From positions 1 to 63,736 of the IMG/VR virus record IMGVR_UViG_3300020045_009460: 63,736 nucleotides of DNA; one strand, given 5' to 3'. The notes below the pieces were generated by a model. The model was not told the origin of the DNA and searched no databases. It worked only from the letters and a program-made list of their open reading frames with translations. Positions 18,819 through 29,262 of this stretch are shown piece by piece (position 1 is the first letter of the stretch; the number at the start of each line of letters is the position of its first letter). The translations under genes and the position numbers were made by a program. The stretch comes from a virus (lineage: Duplodnaviria; Caudoviricetes).

Positions 18819-19298
18819 ATGACAGTATATGTGTTAAGTACTATGACAGGCGATGTAGCATATACATTCTACAGTGGTGATTCCGATAAGGGCGAATTAC
18901 CTACCGAAAGAAAACGTATCCACATCAGCGGCGGTGCTGGATTGCCAAGCCTTACCAGTGGTATTGGTGAGATGTCCAAAGATGACGCAGGGCACCCTCT
19001 GTGGACATCAGAGGGAAAGGTAACGCCTATCACCGATGCGGCTTATCAGGAGCTGAAAGAACACCGAGTGTTTAAGCAGCATATCGCCAACGGGCACATC
19101 AAAGTGCTGAATAGCGACATCGCCGACAGCATCAAGGCAATCGCTAAAGAAGTTCGAAGTATGGAAGCGCGTGATGCGTCTGCGCAGTTGACAGAATCTA
19201 CGGTAGGCAGCAAAATTAAGTCAAAGATGCCTAAAGTAACTACTGGTAAGGGCGACGAAGAAGAAATCAACTTTGCAGCCATGCCAAAAATTAAGTAA
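18819..19298 (+). CDS. Putative virion-associated protein
   Basis: Position after the capsid gene. Confidence 0.6.
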   Translation: MTVYVLSTMTGDVAYTFYSGDSDKGELPTERKRIHISGGAGLPSLTSGIGEMSKDDAGHPLWTSEGKVTPITDAAYQELKEHRVFKQHIANGHIKVLNSDIADSIKAIAKEVRSMEARDASAQLTESTVGSKIKSKMPKVTTGKGDEEEINFAAMPKIK

Positions 19299-19306
19299 GG
19301 AACACA

Positions 19307-19759
19307 ATGTCAAACGCCATCACCTTTAACGAAGACCTTTTCAGGTCGCAATTCCCGGCCTTTGCCGACCAAACAGCATACCCGACAATAGTGCTTCAAA
19401 TGTACTGGGATGAGGTAGGAAGCTTTATTGTTGATGGCGGGACATATGGAATGTTGAGCGGAGATACCACTGTTCTAGCCATGAATCACATGGTAGCCCA
19501 TTTCCTAGAATTGGCTAAATTAAATAAGGCTAAGGGGACCAGCAAACAAGGCGGATATAAAACAAGTGCGGGCATTGATAAAGTAAATGTTCAGTATCTG
19601 GCTCCCCCTAACAAAGATCAGTTAAGCTGGTGGATGAACCAAACAAACTACGGCGCTGCCCTTTTGGCTCTACTGGAGATTAAATCAGTGGGCGGGTTTG
19701 CTATGGGCGGTCTTAATGAGCGAGGCGGTTTCCGTAAAGCTGGTGGTGGATTCTGGTGA
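19307..19759 (+). CDS. Head-tail adaptor (DUF4054)
   Basis: FRSQFPAFAD...AH...WWMNQTNYG. Confidence 0.85.
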   Translation: MSNAITFNEDLFRSQFPAFADQTAYPTIVLQMYWDEVGSFIVDGGTYGMLSGDTTVLAMNHMVAHFLELAKLNKAKGTSKQGGYKTSAGIDKVNVQYLAPPNKDQLSWWMNQTNYGAALLALLEIKSVGGFAMGGLNERGGFRKAGGGFW

Positions 19760-20235
19760 AATCTAATCTGTCGGGGTCAGAACAACTTAAAAAATCATTG
19801 GACGAAATGTCCCGTAAAGTTGTTAAAACGGGCTGGTTTGAAACAGCCCGTTACCCAGCGGATGAGAAACGGGGAAGGGCTGGAGGGGAGTATATAGCAG
19901 CTGTGGCATACTGGCTAAACAAAGGTACTCCTAACATGCCAGCAAGGCCATTCGTCAGTGACGCCATCGGCATGAATGAAAATCAGATAAAAGCCCTAGC
20001 CAGAAAATTGATGTCAAGGGTTCTAAATGGGGATATGACGACAGATGAGGCCATGGGGCAGATAGGACTTTATATCGAAGGGCTTATCATCAAAAATATC
20101 AAGTCCCAAAGGTATGCCGCTCTTTCTGAAGATTATAGAAAATGGAAATCAAAATTCCACAATGAGCCTCAGATATTGATAGATACTGGCTTGTTGTGGC
20201 AAACAGTAACATCAAGGGTAGAGGAAAAATGGTAA
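19756..20235 (+). CDS. Neck/tail-completion protein (HK97 gp10-like)
   Basis: GTPNMPARPF, LIDTG. Confidence 0.75.
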   Translation: MKSNLSGSEQLKKSLDEMSRKVVKTGWFETARYPADEKRGRAGGEYIAAVAYWLNKGTPNMPARPFVSDAIGMNENQIKALARKLMSRVLNGDMTTDEAMGQIGLYIEGLIIKNIKSQRYAALSEDYRKWKSKFHNEPQILIDTGLLWQTVTSRVEEKW

Positions 20236-20624
20236 TTCCGGGCAGTAACTTATTGACTGATGCCATGGCTCTGCTCGACACAGTCGACATAAAGTATTAT
20301 AAAGACAGCTCGAGAACCTTAAATGACCAAGGGGTGTGGGTCACCACATACGAGCCTTTTGTGTTAATAGAAGCCAGTGTTCAAGCCCCAGACCGAAACA
20401 CTTATGTCCAGTACGGTCTGGATATGCAAAAGAACTACTTAAAGGTATTTCTGTCCGCTGACACCGTAGATTTGTCTCGCGACCAATCAGGCGACCAATT
20501 CGTAATAGGGCTTCCCGGAAACGAATACCGATACCAACTGGAATCAGAGGTCCCTTGGTATGATTTTGATGGGTGGGTTGAGCTTTACATAGTCCAGATC
20601 GGTAAGGAGCCGCCAAGTGCTTGA
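20229..20624 (+). CDS. Head-closure protein
   Basis: Synteny; IPGSNLL...ASVQA...GDQF...DGW. Confidence 0.65.
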   Translation: MVIPGSNLLTDAMALLDTVDIKYYKDSSRTLNDQGVWVTTYEPFVLIEASVQAPDRNTYVQYGLDMQKNYLKVFLSADTVDLSRDQSGDQFVIGLPGNEYRYQLESEVPWYDFDGWVELYIVQIGKEPPSA

Positions 20625-21168
20625 TTCAGACCTGATACGACTATTCCGGTCCACTCTGATGAGCGGATTAGCGCTAGCTGGGTGGAATTATCCAGTAGTT
20701 CAACGGTCCCAATCAACGCAACAGGGCATACCTACAGAAAATACTGTCTATTTTCAAAAGTTGTTCGATTATAGATACGGTATGCCATGCATGATTACTA
20801 CTGTAGGCACTCCAACTGCTGCGCAAAACACTGAAACCACCACTCAGAACATGGAGACCACTTTCCAAGTCAGTGCGCTTACTATTCTGACCCCCTCCAT
20901 GACAGTAGATCAGGTCACAGCGAGTGACATATCCAATTATTTGGCTAACATCCTTCAGAGAAGGGATACGATACGAAAGATGTTAGCCTCAAACAACGTC
21001 AACGTGCTGAGAATCCAAAAAATAGACAACACATATTTTGAAGACGACAGGCATCGAAACGAAGCATGGCCTACTTTTGAAGTAGTTCTTACGCACCAAA
21101 CCGTAACCAGTGTGGCAGTAGATAACACTAATACAGTGGTGCAGAATGTATATCAAGTGCCCGACTAG
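20617..21168 (+). CDS. Tail terminator/neck protein
   Basis: Synteny, directly before the sheath gene. Confidence 0.65.
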   Translation: MLDSDLIRLFRSTLMSGLALAGWNYPVVQRSQSTQQGIPTENTVYFQKLFDYRYGMPCMITTVGTPTAAQNTETTTQNMETTFQVSALTILTPSMTVDQVTASDISNYLANILQRRDTIRKMLASNNVNVLRIQKIDNTYFEDDRHRNEAWPTFEVVLTHQTVTSVAVDNTNTVVQNVYQVPD

Positions 21169-21179
21169 GAGAAATATGT

Positions 21180-22799
21180 ATGTCAATCGACATTACTAAG
21201 TATATCAATATCACATCCGGTGTGGGTGCCGGGGCTAGCGTGGCATCGCGCCAGCTGGTAGGCCGCTTTATCACCAAATCAAGCTATCTGCCTCGTGACA
21301 CCATTTTCGAAGCAAAAAGTGCTACGGCAGTTCTTGCCCAGTTCAACAACGACGTATCATCCCCAGAGTATCGCCGAGCGCTGGCCTACTTTAAATTCGT
21401 AAACAAAAACATCAAATCACCTCCGATGATGTCGTTTGTTCGTTGGGACACCACCACATTCATCGCACCGGTGTTTACCGGCAACTCAACACCTAAAACA
21501 CCTACTATTTTAGGCCAGATCCAAGCGATGTCTGCCAATGCCGGGTTCCAGATTACATATGGCGCTGCCTCCGCTGTCTCTGTAAGATTTGATGCTCGCC
21601 CGGCTTCGTCTTTCTTGGATTTGGCTCCCATCATCCAAGCAGCTATCCAAACCGCAGCGGCTGGTATTTCGGCGTTGGCAGGTGCTACTGTTGTATATAA
21701 CATCTCGTCAAACCGCCTGATCATCACCGGGTCCACCGGCACTACTGCAGGGTCGATCACCATCACAGCAGCTGCATCAAATGACGCATCTACGCTGTTG
21801 GGCTTTATGGACGGTGACTTCACATCATCTGCTGGTCGCGTAGGCGACAACGCGGTCCAAACCATGGACCGAACCACCAACCGCAGTGACAATTTTGGTT
21901 CATTTGCTTTCATCGACGCATTAGATGATTGGCAGTCCTCTGTTGTGGGCAACCGACCTCAAGATGTAGCACTGTGGAATGCCGCATATAACAACAAGTT
22001 TATATTCTCGCATTACGTAACCCGGTCGCAGGCAACCCAAGCTTGGTATGCCACTTTTATGGGGATCGCCGGATGTGCGTTTACATTGACCCAAGATAAC
22101 GGTAGCTCTCCATCCACCGACTCAGAATTGTTTCAAGCTCAGTCGCCAATGGAGATTTTGGCAGCCACTGACTACACGGCAACCAATGGTACTCAGGGTT
22201 ATATGTATTACCAGTTCACGGACCGAAGCTTCGCAGCTGATTCATCCGGCAATCTGGTGGCCAATGCCGGGTCCGTGGGCGACACTGCTGTTTCTGATGC
22301 TCTTGATGGTATTCGTGTCAACTATCAGGGTGTGACAATGACTGCTGGCCAGCAGATCGCATTCTATCAGCGCGGCGTGTTGATGGGCGGGTCTACTTCA
22401 GCAACTGATATGAACACCTACGCCAATGAGATGTGGCTGAAAGATGCGTTCCTGACCAACATCTTAAGCTTGTTGTTGGCAATGAAAGTGTCAGCCAATG
22501 AGATTGGTCGTGGCCAATTACTTCTGAACATGCAGAGCACGATTGATGTAGCTCTGACAAACGGCACCATCTCTGTAGGTAAGCCGTTGAGTGTGACTCA
22601 ACAAGCGTATATCACTCAGGTGACCGGGTCTGATAAAGCATGGCACCAAGTGCAGGTGGCTGGGTACTGGATCAATGCCACTTTGTCCTCGACGGTAAAT
22701 GCTCAGTCATCATTGACTGAATGGCAGTTTAATTATACCTTGGTTTACTCCAAGGATGATGTCATCCGCCGCGTAGTCGGCTCTGACGTACTGATTTAA
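21180..22799 (+). CDS. Tail sheath protein (DUF3383 type)
   Basis: MSIDITKYINITSGVGA, NFGSF, FYQRGVLMGG, YANEMWLK, YSKDDVIR. Confidence 0.9.
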   Translation: MSIDITKYINITSGVGAGASVASRQLVGRFITKSSYLPRDTIFEAKSATAVLAQFNNDVSSPEYRRALAYFKFVNKNIKSPPMMSFVRWDTTTFIAPVFTGNSTPKTPTILGQIQAMSANAGFQITYGAASAVSVRFDARPASSFLDLAPIIQAAIQTAAAGISALAGATVVYNISSNRLIITGSTGTTAGSITITAAASNDASTLLGFMDGDFTSSAGRVGDNAVQTMDRTTNRSDNFGSFAFIDALDDWQSSVVGNRPQDVALWNAAYNNKFIFSHYVTRSQATQAWYATFMGIAGCAFTLTQDNGSSPSTDSELFQAQSPMEILAATDYTATNGTQGYMYYQFTDRSFAADSSGNLVANAGSVGDTAVSDALDGIRVNYQGVTMTAGQQIAFYQRGVLMGGSTSATDMNTYANEMWLKDAFLTNILSLLLAMKVSANEIGRGQLLLNMQSTIDVALTNGTISVGKPLSVTQQAYITQVTGSDKAWHQVQVAGYWINATLSSTVNAQSSLTEWQFNYTLVYSKDDVIRRVVGSDVLI

Positions 22800-22810
22800 G
22801 GGGTATATCA

Positions 22811-23260
22811 ATGCAAAACGTAAGTGGTTTCGGTTTTGTCGCCACCGTGAAGGCCAGTAAAACCTTCCCAAACGGGTTTCCGTTAACTATGTTTGCGGAT
22901 GATGCAGATCCGTTTGATGTCCCAAGCATGCAAATCGCTGACAAGGGCATGGGCGTGAATGGCGACATGGTTCACTGGTCAAAAGCAAACCCTATCAACA
23001 TCAGCTTTAACATCATTCCCGGCTCTGGTGATGATGAAAATTTGCGCGTCCTTTTCGAAGCAAACAGACCGGGTAAAGGCAAGGTAATTGCCAGTGATGA
23101 GATCAGCATTTCTGTTATCTACCCCGGTGACGGTGCTCGGTCATATAATCTGGTCAAGGGTATTTTGACTGATGGCATGCCGACAAATGGCGTCCAACAA
23201 TCTCAGCGCCAGAAATCAAAAACATACAACTTCTCATTCGAGAATGTAATTTCGGCTTGA
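22811..23260 (+). CDS. Tail tube protein
   Basis: Follows sheath; ~150 aa; TFPNGF...FADDADP...GVNGD. Confidence 0.8.
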   Translation: MQNVSGFGFVATVKASKTFPNGFPLTMFADDADPFDVPSMQIADKGMGVNGDMVHWSKANPINISFNIIPGSGDDENLRVLFEANRPGKGKVIASDEISISVIYPGDGARSYNLVKGILTDGMPTNGVQQSQRQKSKTYNFSFENVISA

Positions 23261-23285
23261 CAGAAGAGTGTGCGGATGGTATAAT
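23257..23285 (+). promoter_or_regulatory. sigma70 promoter, overlapping hairpin 23286-23307
   Basis: TTGACA-17-TATAAT; AAAGGACGG-GAAA-CCGTCCTTT. Confidence 0.8.
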
Positions 23286-23326
23286 AAAGGACGGGAAACC
23301 GTCCTTTGTTATTTCTGGGAGAACTG

Positions 23327-24085
23327 ATGACCGTCGCCGCAACAGCAGTAAATCCGTCGGACCATGAGTCGACACCCTCAGCATTAAACAAGATGTTAAG
23401 AGACTATTTTCTTAACATCGACGACTGTCTCCCGGCTGTAATTATATCCTACAACAGAGTAAGTAACACCGCAACAGTAAAACCGCTGATAAGCAGAATC
23501 ACTGTCGATAATCAGGTAGTGGCAAGAAACCAAGTAATCGGCCTTCAGGTGTTCTCATTCGGCGGTGGCGGTTTCAATTTGAATTTTCCTCTAGTCCCCG
23601 GCGATCTTGGCTGGATTAAGGCATGTGATCGTGACTTAGATGCCTTTAAGGCGTCTCTATCAGAAGGAGCGCCTAACACATGCAGAACACACACATTCTC
23701 GGACAGCTTGTTTTTACCTGATGTGATGAGGCGGTACGTGATAAGAGGAGAACACTCGAGCGAAATGGTTTTGCAGAGTGTTGATGGTAACAACAGGGTG
23801 GCTATAGGACAGAGTCGCATAAAAATAGCCACGGGTGACACCTTTATTGAATTGGTCCCCGGAAAAATATCTTTAAATACTATGGGCCTTCTTGATGTGA
23901 TATCAGCCGACAGCAATTTTTCAGGCAATGTCACCATAAAAGGGTTGACTACTATGGAGGGAGGATTTGCTGCTACGGGTGGCGGCGGGTCGTCGGTCGA
24001 CAGTATTAAAGTGGCAGGAACAGCCGTTGAGGGTCACTCTCACACTAACCCAGAAGGTGGGCGAGTAGGCCCATTTGGAGCATAA
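23327..24085 (+). CDS. Baseplate spike (Gp138/gpV-like)
   Basis: LPAVIISY...GGGGF...PGDLG...DRD; C-terminal HxH metal tip (GHSH). Confidence 0.85.
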   Translation: MTVAATAVNPSDHESTPSALNKMLRDYFLNIDDCLPAVIISYNRVSNTATVKPLISRITVDNQVVARNQVIGLQVFSFGGGGFNLNFPLVPGDLGWIKACDRDLDAFKASLSEGAPNTCRTHTFSDSLFLPDVMRRYVIRGEHSSEMVLQSVDGNNRVAIGQSRIKIATGDTFIELVPGKISLNTMGLLDVISADSNFSGNVTIKGLTTMEGGFAATGGGGSSVDSIKVAGTAVEGHSHTNPEGGRVGPFGA

Positions 24086-24088
24086 CCC

Positions 24089-24634
24089 ATGGCATTTGTA
24101 GGCTCTACATTAGGCGCTGCGCTGACAAACAGGAAAGCGTATAAAATATACGACATGCGCACCACCTCGATATCAGAGGTGATAGGCCTTAAAATAAAGA
24201 GCGCCCAAGCCACGAACCAAGCCGACATACCCCAACACCCTACTGAAAATGGCGATTTTTTAGTAGATCACAAAATAATCCAGCCTAGAACAGTACAGGT
24301 TGAGGGGTTTTGCATAGACCAAGACTCTTATAGTAAAATTCAACAAATATTTAACGATAGAAAAAATCTTTATGGCATACAAATAAAAGAAATAATTGTT
24401 GAGAATTGTACGTTCGGTGAGTTTGTACCGGTGCGCGATTCTAAGGTATTGAACGCAATACCCATTTCTTTTACTATGCATGAGATACTACAAGCTGCTT
24501 CCTCGACTGGAATGTCGAAAGACAAAGTAAAATCCCCCGGCGACGCCGATACGGTTAAGCGCGGACAAACTCAAACCGCCATGCCTCCTGCTGATCAGGC
24601 CCGTACTATGATGGCCTCCGGCGTAGGTAAATAG
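24089..24634 (+). CDS. Baseplate/Dit-like protein
   Basis: HPTENG...DHKIIQP. Confidence 0.7.
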   Translation: MAFVGSTLGAALTNRKAYKIYDMRTTSISEVIGLKIKSAQATNQADIPQHPTENGDFLVDHKIIQPRTVQVEGFCIDQDSYSKIQQIFNDRKNLYGIQIKEIIVENCTFGEFVPVRDSKVLNAIPISFTMHEILQAASSTGMSKDKVKSPGDADTVKRGQTQTAMPPADQARTMMASGVGK

Positions 24635-24641
24635 GAAAATC

Positions 24642-25058
24642 ATGAAAGAACTTATTCTGAACGGAAAGACATACCGCATCAATAAATTTGGCGCACTATC
24701 AGGCCGTGCGATCGTTGCCCAATACCCACTAAGCATGATGCTACATAACAAAGAATATGAGCGTAATGAAGAGGTTATGCTTCGTTTGATGTCTCATGTG
24801 GAAGTGGTGTTGTCTGATGGCACGACCCAATCACTCAGTACTCGAGCACTGATCGACAACCACGTGGCTGATTGGTCAGATTTGGTGGCTATTGAGATTG
24901 ATGCCTTGAAATATAATGCGCCTCAATTTTTCGACGGCACTGCCAAAGGAATACTTGGAAAAGTGGAGTCATGGATCACTGCCAGTTTGACGAAAGTAAT
25001 GGGCGACGCTATCGGCGAGAACCTTCGTGACGTGTTAAATCAGGACAGTAAGGACTAA
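24642..25058 (+). CDS. Tail assembly chaperone-like protein
   Basis: Synteny; paralogous to 27890-28384. Confidence 0.55.
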   Translation: MKELILNGKTYRINKFGALSGRAIVAQYPLSMMLHNKEYERNEEVMLRLMSHVEVVLSDGTTQSLSTRALIDNHVADWSDLVAIEIDALKYNAPQFFDGTAKGILGKVESWITASLTKVMGDAIGENLRDVLNQDSKD

Positions 25059-25059
25059 T

Positions 25060-25554
25060 ATGGACAATGTCGGCGGATTTGGCGTTGTAATCAGTCTTAT
25101 AGCCACTAAAACTTTTCCGGTGGGCCTGACCTTATCTAAATTCTCCGATGATGTGTCGCCTATAGAATTCAGCGAGTCCCAAGTAGCAGACCATGAATTT
25201 TTGGTAGATGGTGATATAATCTCATTTGAGACATCATCGGCTGTAACTGTTAAGATCGGCGTCATACCCGGTTCCGATGACGATGACAACCTATCCATCA
25301 TGCTAAATAGTAACAAGTCGATTTTCAGGATCGGCGGGCTACCTGATTTAATGATTATGAGCATACTATACCCAAACCAGCCCGGTATTGTTCTAAACAG
25401 AGGATATATTCGCAGCGGGTCATTAGGGACGTCAATGAGTGAAGCGGGCAGGGGTAAGGGTAAACAATTCGAATTCATTTTTGCCGAGTGCACAACAGCT
25501 TCGGTTAAAGGGTTGATCTCAGTTGCGGCAAACGCCGCTATGTCTATATTCTAA
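25060..25554 (+). CDS. Second tail-tube-like protein
   Basis: Aligns with 22811-23260 (NV.GFG...KTFP.G..L..F.DD..P; IPGS.DD.NL). Confidence 0.75.
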   Translation: MDNVGGFGVVISLIATKTFPVGLTLSKFSDDVSPIEFSESQVADHEFLVDGDIISFETSSAVTVKIGVIPGSDDDDNLSIMLNSNKSIFRIGGLPDLMIMSILYPNQPGIVLNRGYIRSGSLGTSMSEAGRGKGKQFEFIFAECTTASVKGLISVAANAAMSIF

Positions 25555-25563
25555 GGCTCTACA

Positions 25564-27888
25564 ATGCTATTTGACGTATTTTATGTAAAGTATGAAGTAG
25601 ACAAGGCGGACACTGAAAAGGCCATTGACGCTGTTACCAATAAAGCAGAAAAGGCTAGGAAAGCCGCTGAAAGCGCGGGCGAGAAGGGCGTGAAAAACAT
25701 GGATGAAGCCGCCAAGGGCGCTGCTGACTCCATGGGAAGAGCAGGCGACTCGGCTGATAAATTCCACCAAAAGCTTGAAAAAGTAAAAGAGGGGGCATTA
25801 AAGGTAAAAGGAATTCTGGGCCAGTTGGGAGACGTAGGCTCGATGATTAGTAAGGGAGGTGTGCAGAAGGTTTTGTCATCAGGAATAGAACACGCACAGT
25901 CTCTGATGAGAAAACCCGGCGCTGCTGCCGAGGGGGCCGCTGCTGCCGAGGGGGCCGCTGCTGCGGGGTCAGGCGGTCTTAGTGCGGGTGGCCTCATGGC
26001 CCGAGGGCTGGTTCTTCTTGGTGGTCCTGTGGCATTAATAGCCGCCGCTGTTGCTGCTGTTGCTGCTGCGGGTGCATGGGGAGTTAAATCAGGCCACACT
26101 ATAGCAAAAGCGTCAGAAGAAAAGTACGGCAGCACCAAGAAAGATGCATGGGCAGCAGGTATGAGCACCCAAAGCCTGCTGACTCACCAAATAGCTGGCG
26201 AGAACATAGGCATAAGCAGAGAAGACAGCCTAAAAGGGTTGGCTGGGCTTAATGAAAAGATAAAAGAGGTGGCTTTACATCGTGCCCAGCCTATGGGTGG
26301 TATCGATATGAGGACCGGCATCGACACCAACCCTTTATCAAGGCTGATGCGATCCAGAGGCATTAAAATACAGAGCGGCAAGCACCTAGAGGGGATGGAC
26401 CAGATCTGGAAAGTAATTGTTGATGACTTAAGAACAGCCGCGCAAAAACAAGGCACTAACTATGCGCTGGCCAGAGCCACCCAGCAATATGGACTTGATT
26501 TCAATCAGGCATCAAAAATAATTGAAGCAACGTCCGATCAAGTAAAAGATATGAATAAGGGGATTGAGCAGCAAGCCATAAAAGAAACGCTTTTGGCTCA
26601 GTCTACTAAGAATTACACCGCCGAACAAGCAAATCTTAAAGTAGAACAAGAAAAAACCGAGACCATAATCAGATCTAGAGTGGTTCCGGGGATGGTGGCA
26701 TGGTCCAAAGAAACAGTCGCACTTGAAAAGAATATGAGACCAGTAAACGCTTTGATGAGTATTCTCAAACGGTTGATGATCGACATGTCCACAGGTGCTT
26801 TGCACATGTTAAACAGCTCCATAGAGGGTATTGTCAGTCTTGGCGCTAAATTAAAAGAACTCCCAGATATGCTTGACGGGCTGGGTGATAGAATGAGTCT
26901 GTCACTTGAAAAAGGCATCAACCATATGATGGGGAAAATACCTACCTCATTAGGGGGTAAGTCCCAAGAAGAGATGGATGCCACTGACAAAGAAATCGAT
27001 AAAAAGGCCCAAGGATACGAAGATTTCCGCAAGAAAGAAAAAGAAGCCCAAAAGAAACAGAAAGAAGCCGATTACCAGAAAGACGCTACCGAATCGTTCA
27101 ATGAGAATATCGGCGAGTTCCAGAAGCGGTACGGTAAAGTAGATGAAAGCAGGATGTCGGAACTGCGAAAACAATTTGCTGATATGGCCCAGAAAGGCGA
27201 TATCAACTTAAACGACAATGAATTGGTCATAACAGCATTGCAAACCCTCGTAGGGACCTCCAAAGAAGGACTGCAAGCAAACGATGCTCAGTTCCAAGTG
27301 GAGAAAGAGAAGTTAAGCCAGATCGTCACGAATACGTCGGTAGGCCTAGAACAAGCAATTGCTATGTGGGCCAGCGGCATCGGTCGCGCGGGTGGTCTTG
27401 GTACTCCGGATAGCGGTATAGAAGGGCAATCACGTGCTGATTTTGAAAAAAGGTCAAGAGTATTGAGATTTACCCCCGACCCGGCTGTCATGCGCATGGG
27501 GATGGCATCTAGTCTTAACGCTCAAAAACAAGCCGGTGCCATGCCGCTCCCTGTCGCCCCCGGCCCGCGTTTCATGCCTAACGACGTAGTGGAGCCTACC
27601 CAGCCTAAAGAAACAGCTGGCGACACCATGAACAGGGCTAATGATGCTATGCGAAATGCTAATGATGCGGCTGCTAAAGGGGTGAGGATGACTGAAGCAA
27701 ATCGCGTTAATTCCCAGCCTACTAACAGCCCGCAACAGGGAGGAGTACATATAGGGGAAGTAAACGTTGATGTGAAATCAAACGAGCCTAAAGACTTCGG
27801 TGAACGACTGGGCAAAGAAATAAATGATGTGATCGGCATGATGAATAAACAAATAGCTAATGTCCATGACGGCATATTCAAGGGGTGA
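25564..27888 (+). CDS. Tape measure protein
   Basis: 774 aa, helical, A/K/E-rich, one hydrophobic segment. Confidence 0.8.
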   Translation: MLFDVFYVKYEVDKADTEKAIDAVTNKAEKARKAAESAGEKGVKNMDEAAKGAADSMGRAGDSADKFHQKLEKVKEGALKVKGILGQLGDVGSMISKGGVQKVLSSGIEHAQSLMRKPGAAAEGAAAAEGAAAAGSGGLSAGGLMARGLVLLGGPVALIAAAVAAVAAAGAWGVKSGHTIAKASEEKYGSTKKDAWAAGMSTQSLLTHQIAGENIGISREDSLKGLAGLNEKIKEVALHRAQPMGGIDMRTGIDTNPLSRLMRSRGIKIQSGKHLEGMDQIWKVIVDDLRTAAQKQGTNYALARATQQYGLDFNQASKIIEATSDQVKDMNKGIEQQAIKETLLAQSTKNYTAEQANLKVEQEKTETIIRSRVVPGMVAWSKETVALEKNMRPVNALMSILKRLMIDMSTGALHMLNSSIEGIVSLGAKLKELPDMLDGLGDRMSLSLEKGINHMMGKIPTSLGGKSQEEMDATDKEIDKKAQGYEDFRKKEKEAQKKQKEADYQKDATESFNENIGEFQKRYGKVDESRMSELRKQFADMAQKGDINLNDNELVITALQTLVGTSKEGLQANDAQFQVEKEKLSQIVTNTSVGLEQAIAMWASGIGRAGGLGTPDSGIEGQSRADFEKRSRVLRFTPDPAVMRMGMASSLNAQKQAGAMPLPVAPGPRFMPNDVVEPTQPKETAGDTMNRANDAMRNANDAAAKGVRMTEANRVNSQPTNSPQQGGVHIGEVNVDVKSNEPKDFGERLGKEINDVIGMMNKQIANVHDGIFKG
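25921..25964 (+). repeat. 18-bp in-frame tandem repeat (AAAEGA)
   Basis: GCTGCTGCCGAGGGGGCC x2 plus a partial copy. Confidence 0.9.
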
Positions 27889-27889
27889 T

Positions 27890-28384
27890 ATGAATACTAC
27901 AATAGAGATGGTGGGGGATAAAAAATATAGAATACATTTGATCCCCGCCTATTACGCCCAAGAATATTTATCAAAAGAGCGTAGTGACGAGGGGCCTCCA
28001 TCAGAAGAGTCGATAATATATTTGATGGGGTTTGTGGATGCTAAAACAGAGGACGGTTGGGTTAATCTGGAGGACGCGGAGACTATTGACAAGTATGTCG
28101 AGGACTGGATGGAACTTGACAAGATAACCGAGATAGTGTATAATATAAATTTCGGATTCCTGCAGGGGTGGCGCATTTGGCGCGTGCCGAACACGGACGG
28201 TTTTGAAGGGACTGAACCTAGGCAATTAAGCCCTTTCATCCACTCAATAATCACAAATAACTACGCCACCCTGCAAGAGTTAAAAACAACCTGCTCGTTG
28301 AAAGACGCTTTTGAAATGCAAGATTCAATATTGACTAAAGCGATGAATGAGTATAGATACATGAAAATGAAAGGAGCAAAATGA
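27890..28384 (+). CDS. Second tail-chaperone-like protein
   Basis: YRI...EE....LM..V...ID..V.DW..L shared with 24642; C-terminal ATLQEL...SL.D. Confidence 0.6.
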   Translation: MNTTIEMVGDKKYRIHLIPAYYAQEYLSKERSDEGPPSEESIIYLMGFVDAKTEDGWVNLEDAETIDKYVEDWMELDKITEIVYNINFGFLQGWRIWRVPNTDGFEGTEPRQLSPFIHSIITNNYATLQELKTTCSLKDAFEMQDSILTKAMNEYRYMKMKGAK

Positions 28385-29262
28385 TCATAGATCCTCGCAT
28401 ACTGCGCGCTCAGTTCCTGTTTAACTCAGGGGCCGACACAGTAGAATATAAAGAGGACTTTGCGATCTCATTTTCAGCAGGTAAAAATGTTTTTAGCATC
28501 CAAAACAATTCTAGACTAGAAATCAAAAACGTCCGGAGAGAAGTCCGGGCGGATATGCTAACCCGGTTCAATCAATTTAATCAAAGAACTCAAGAGACCC
28601 CTTTCCTCCCAGTCAACATATCAGCAGGTCGTGAGAGCTATGGTCCGTCTTTGGTATATACTGGGAACGTTATAAAATGCAGTATGTCGAATCCTCCTGA
28701 TATCGGTATCATCATGGATCTGGCTACGAATCAAATAGATAAAACCAAATGGGTGCAATACTGGCCGAAACTACCGACCACATTCAGTGGGCTATGTCAA
28801 TGGGCAGCGGGCGTTTTGGGTCTTACTCCTGAGATACACCTTCCAGCCAGCTTGGCCAATGCACCTGTCACCAATTTTCTGGGTGGCAACATGATAACCC
28901 TAGAAGCTATTCCGATATATATTCAAAGGTACTATCCGGACCAGATAGTGGCATTTATCGATGACAGTGCGTTAGTAGTCATGAATATTGGGGCAGTGGT
29001 AGCGTCTAGAGGAACCGTTCAAGTTGGTTATGGTTCTGAAAATCCGTTTATTGGGATACCGGAGTGGACTGAATTCGGTATCTCAGGCAAAATTTTGTTC
29101 ACCCCTGAATTAAAGCTAGGGTGCGCTGTCAATGCAGTGTCTATCATGAACCCATCGATAAATGGGTCCTACGTGGTAGGGAAAATAGACTACGACTTAG
29201 CATGTCGTGATGCCCCTTTTTACGCAACATTTACAGCTTATCCTAAGGCGGCCACGGCATGA
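28381..29262 (+). CDS. Baseplate hub protein
   Basis: Synteny; ISAG...G...PPD; IGIPEWTEFG. Confidence 0.7.
   Translation: MIIDPRILRAQFLFNSGADTVEYKEDFAISFSAGKNVFSIQNNSRLEIKNVRREVRADMLTRFNQFNQRTQETPFLPVNISAGRESYGPSLVYTGNVIKCSMSNPPDIGIIMDLATNQIDKTKWVQYWPKLPTTFSGLCQWAAGVLGLTPEIHLPASLANAPVTNFLGGNMITLEAIPIYIQRYYPDQIVAFIDDSALVVMNIGAVVASRGTVQVGYGSENPFIGIPEWTEFGISGKILFTPELKLGCAVNAVSIMNPSINGSYVVGKIDYDLACRDAPFYATFTAYPKAATA

Noticed and set aside
25921-25964. Phase-variable repeat in the tape measure gene
   Set aside because: In-frame 18-bp unit in an Ala/Gly linker; copy-number change would not switch expression
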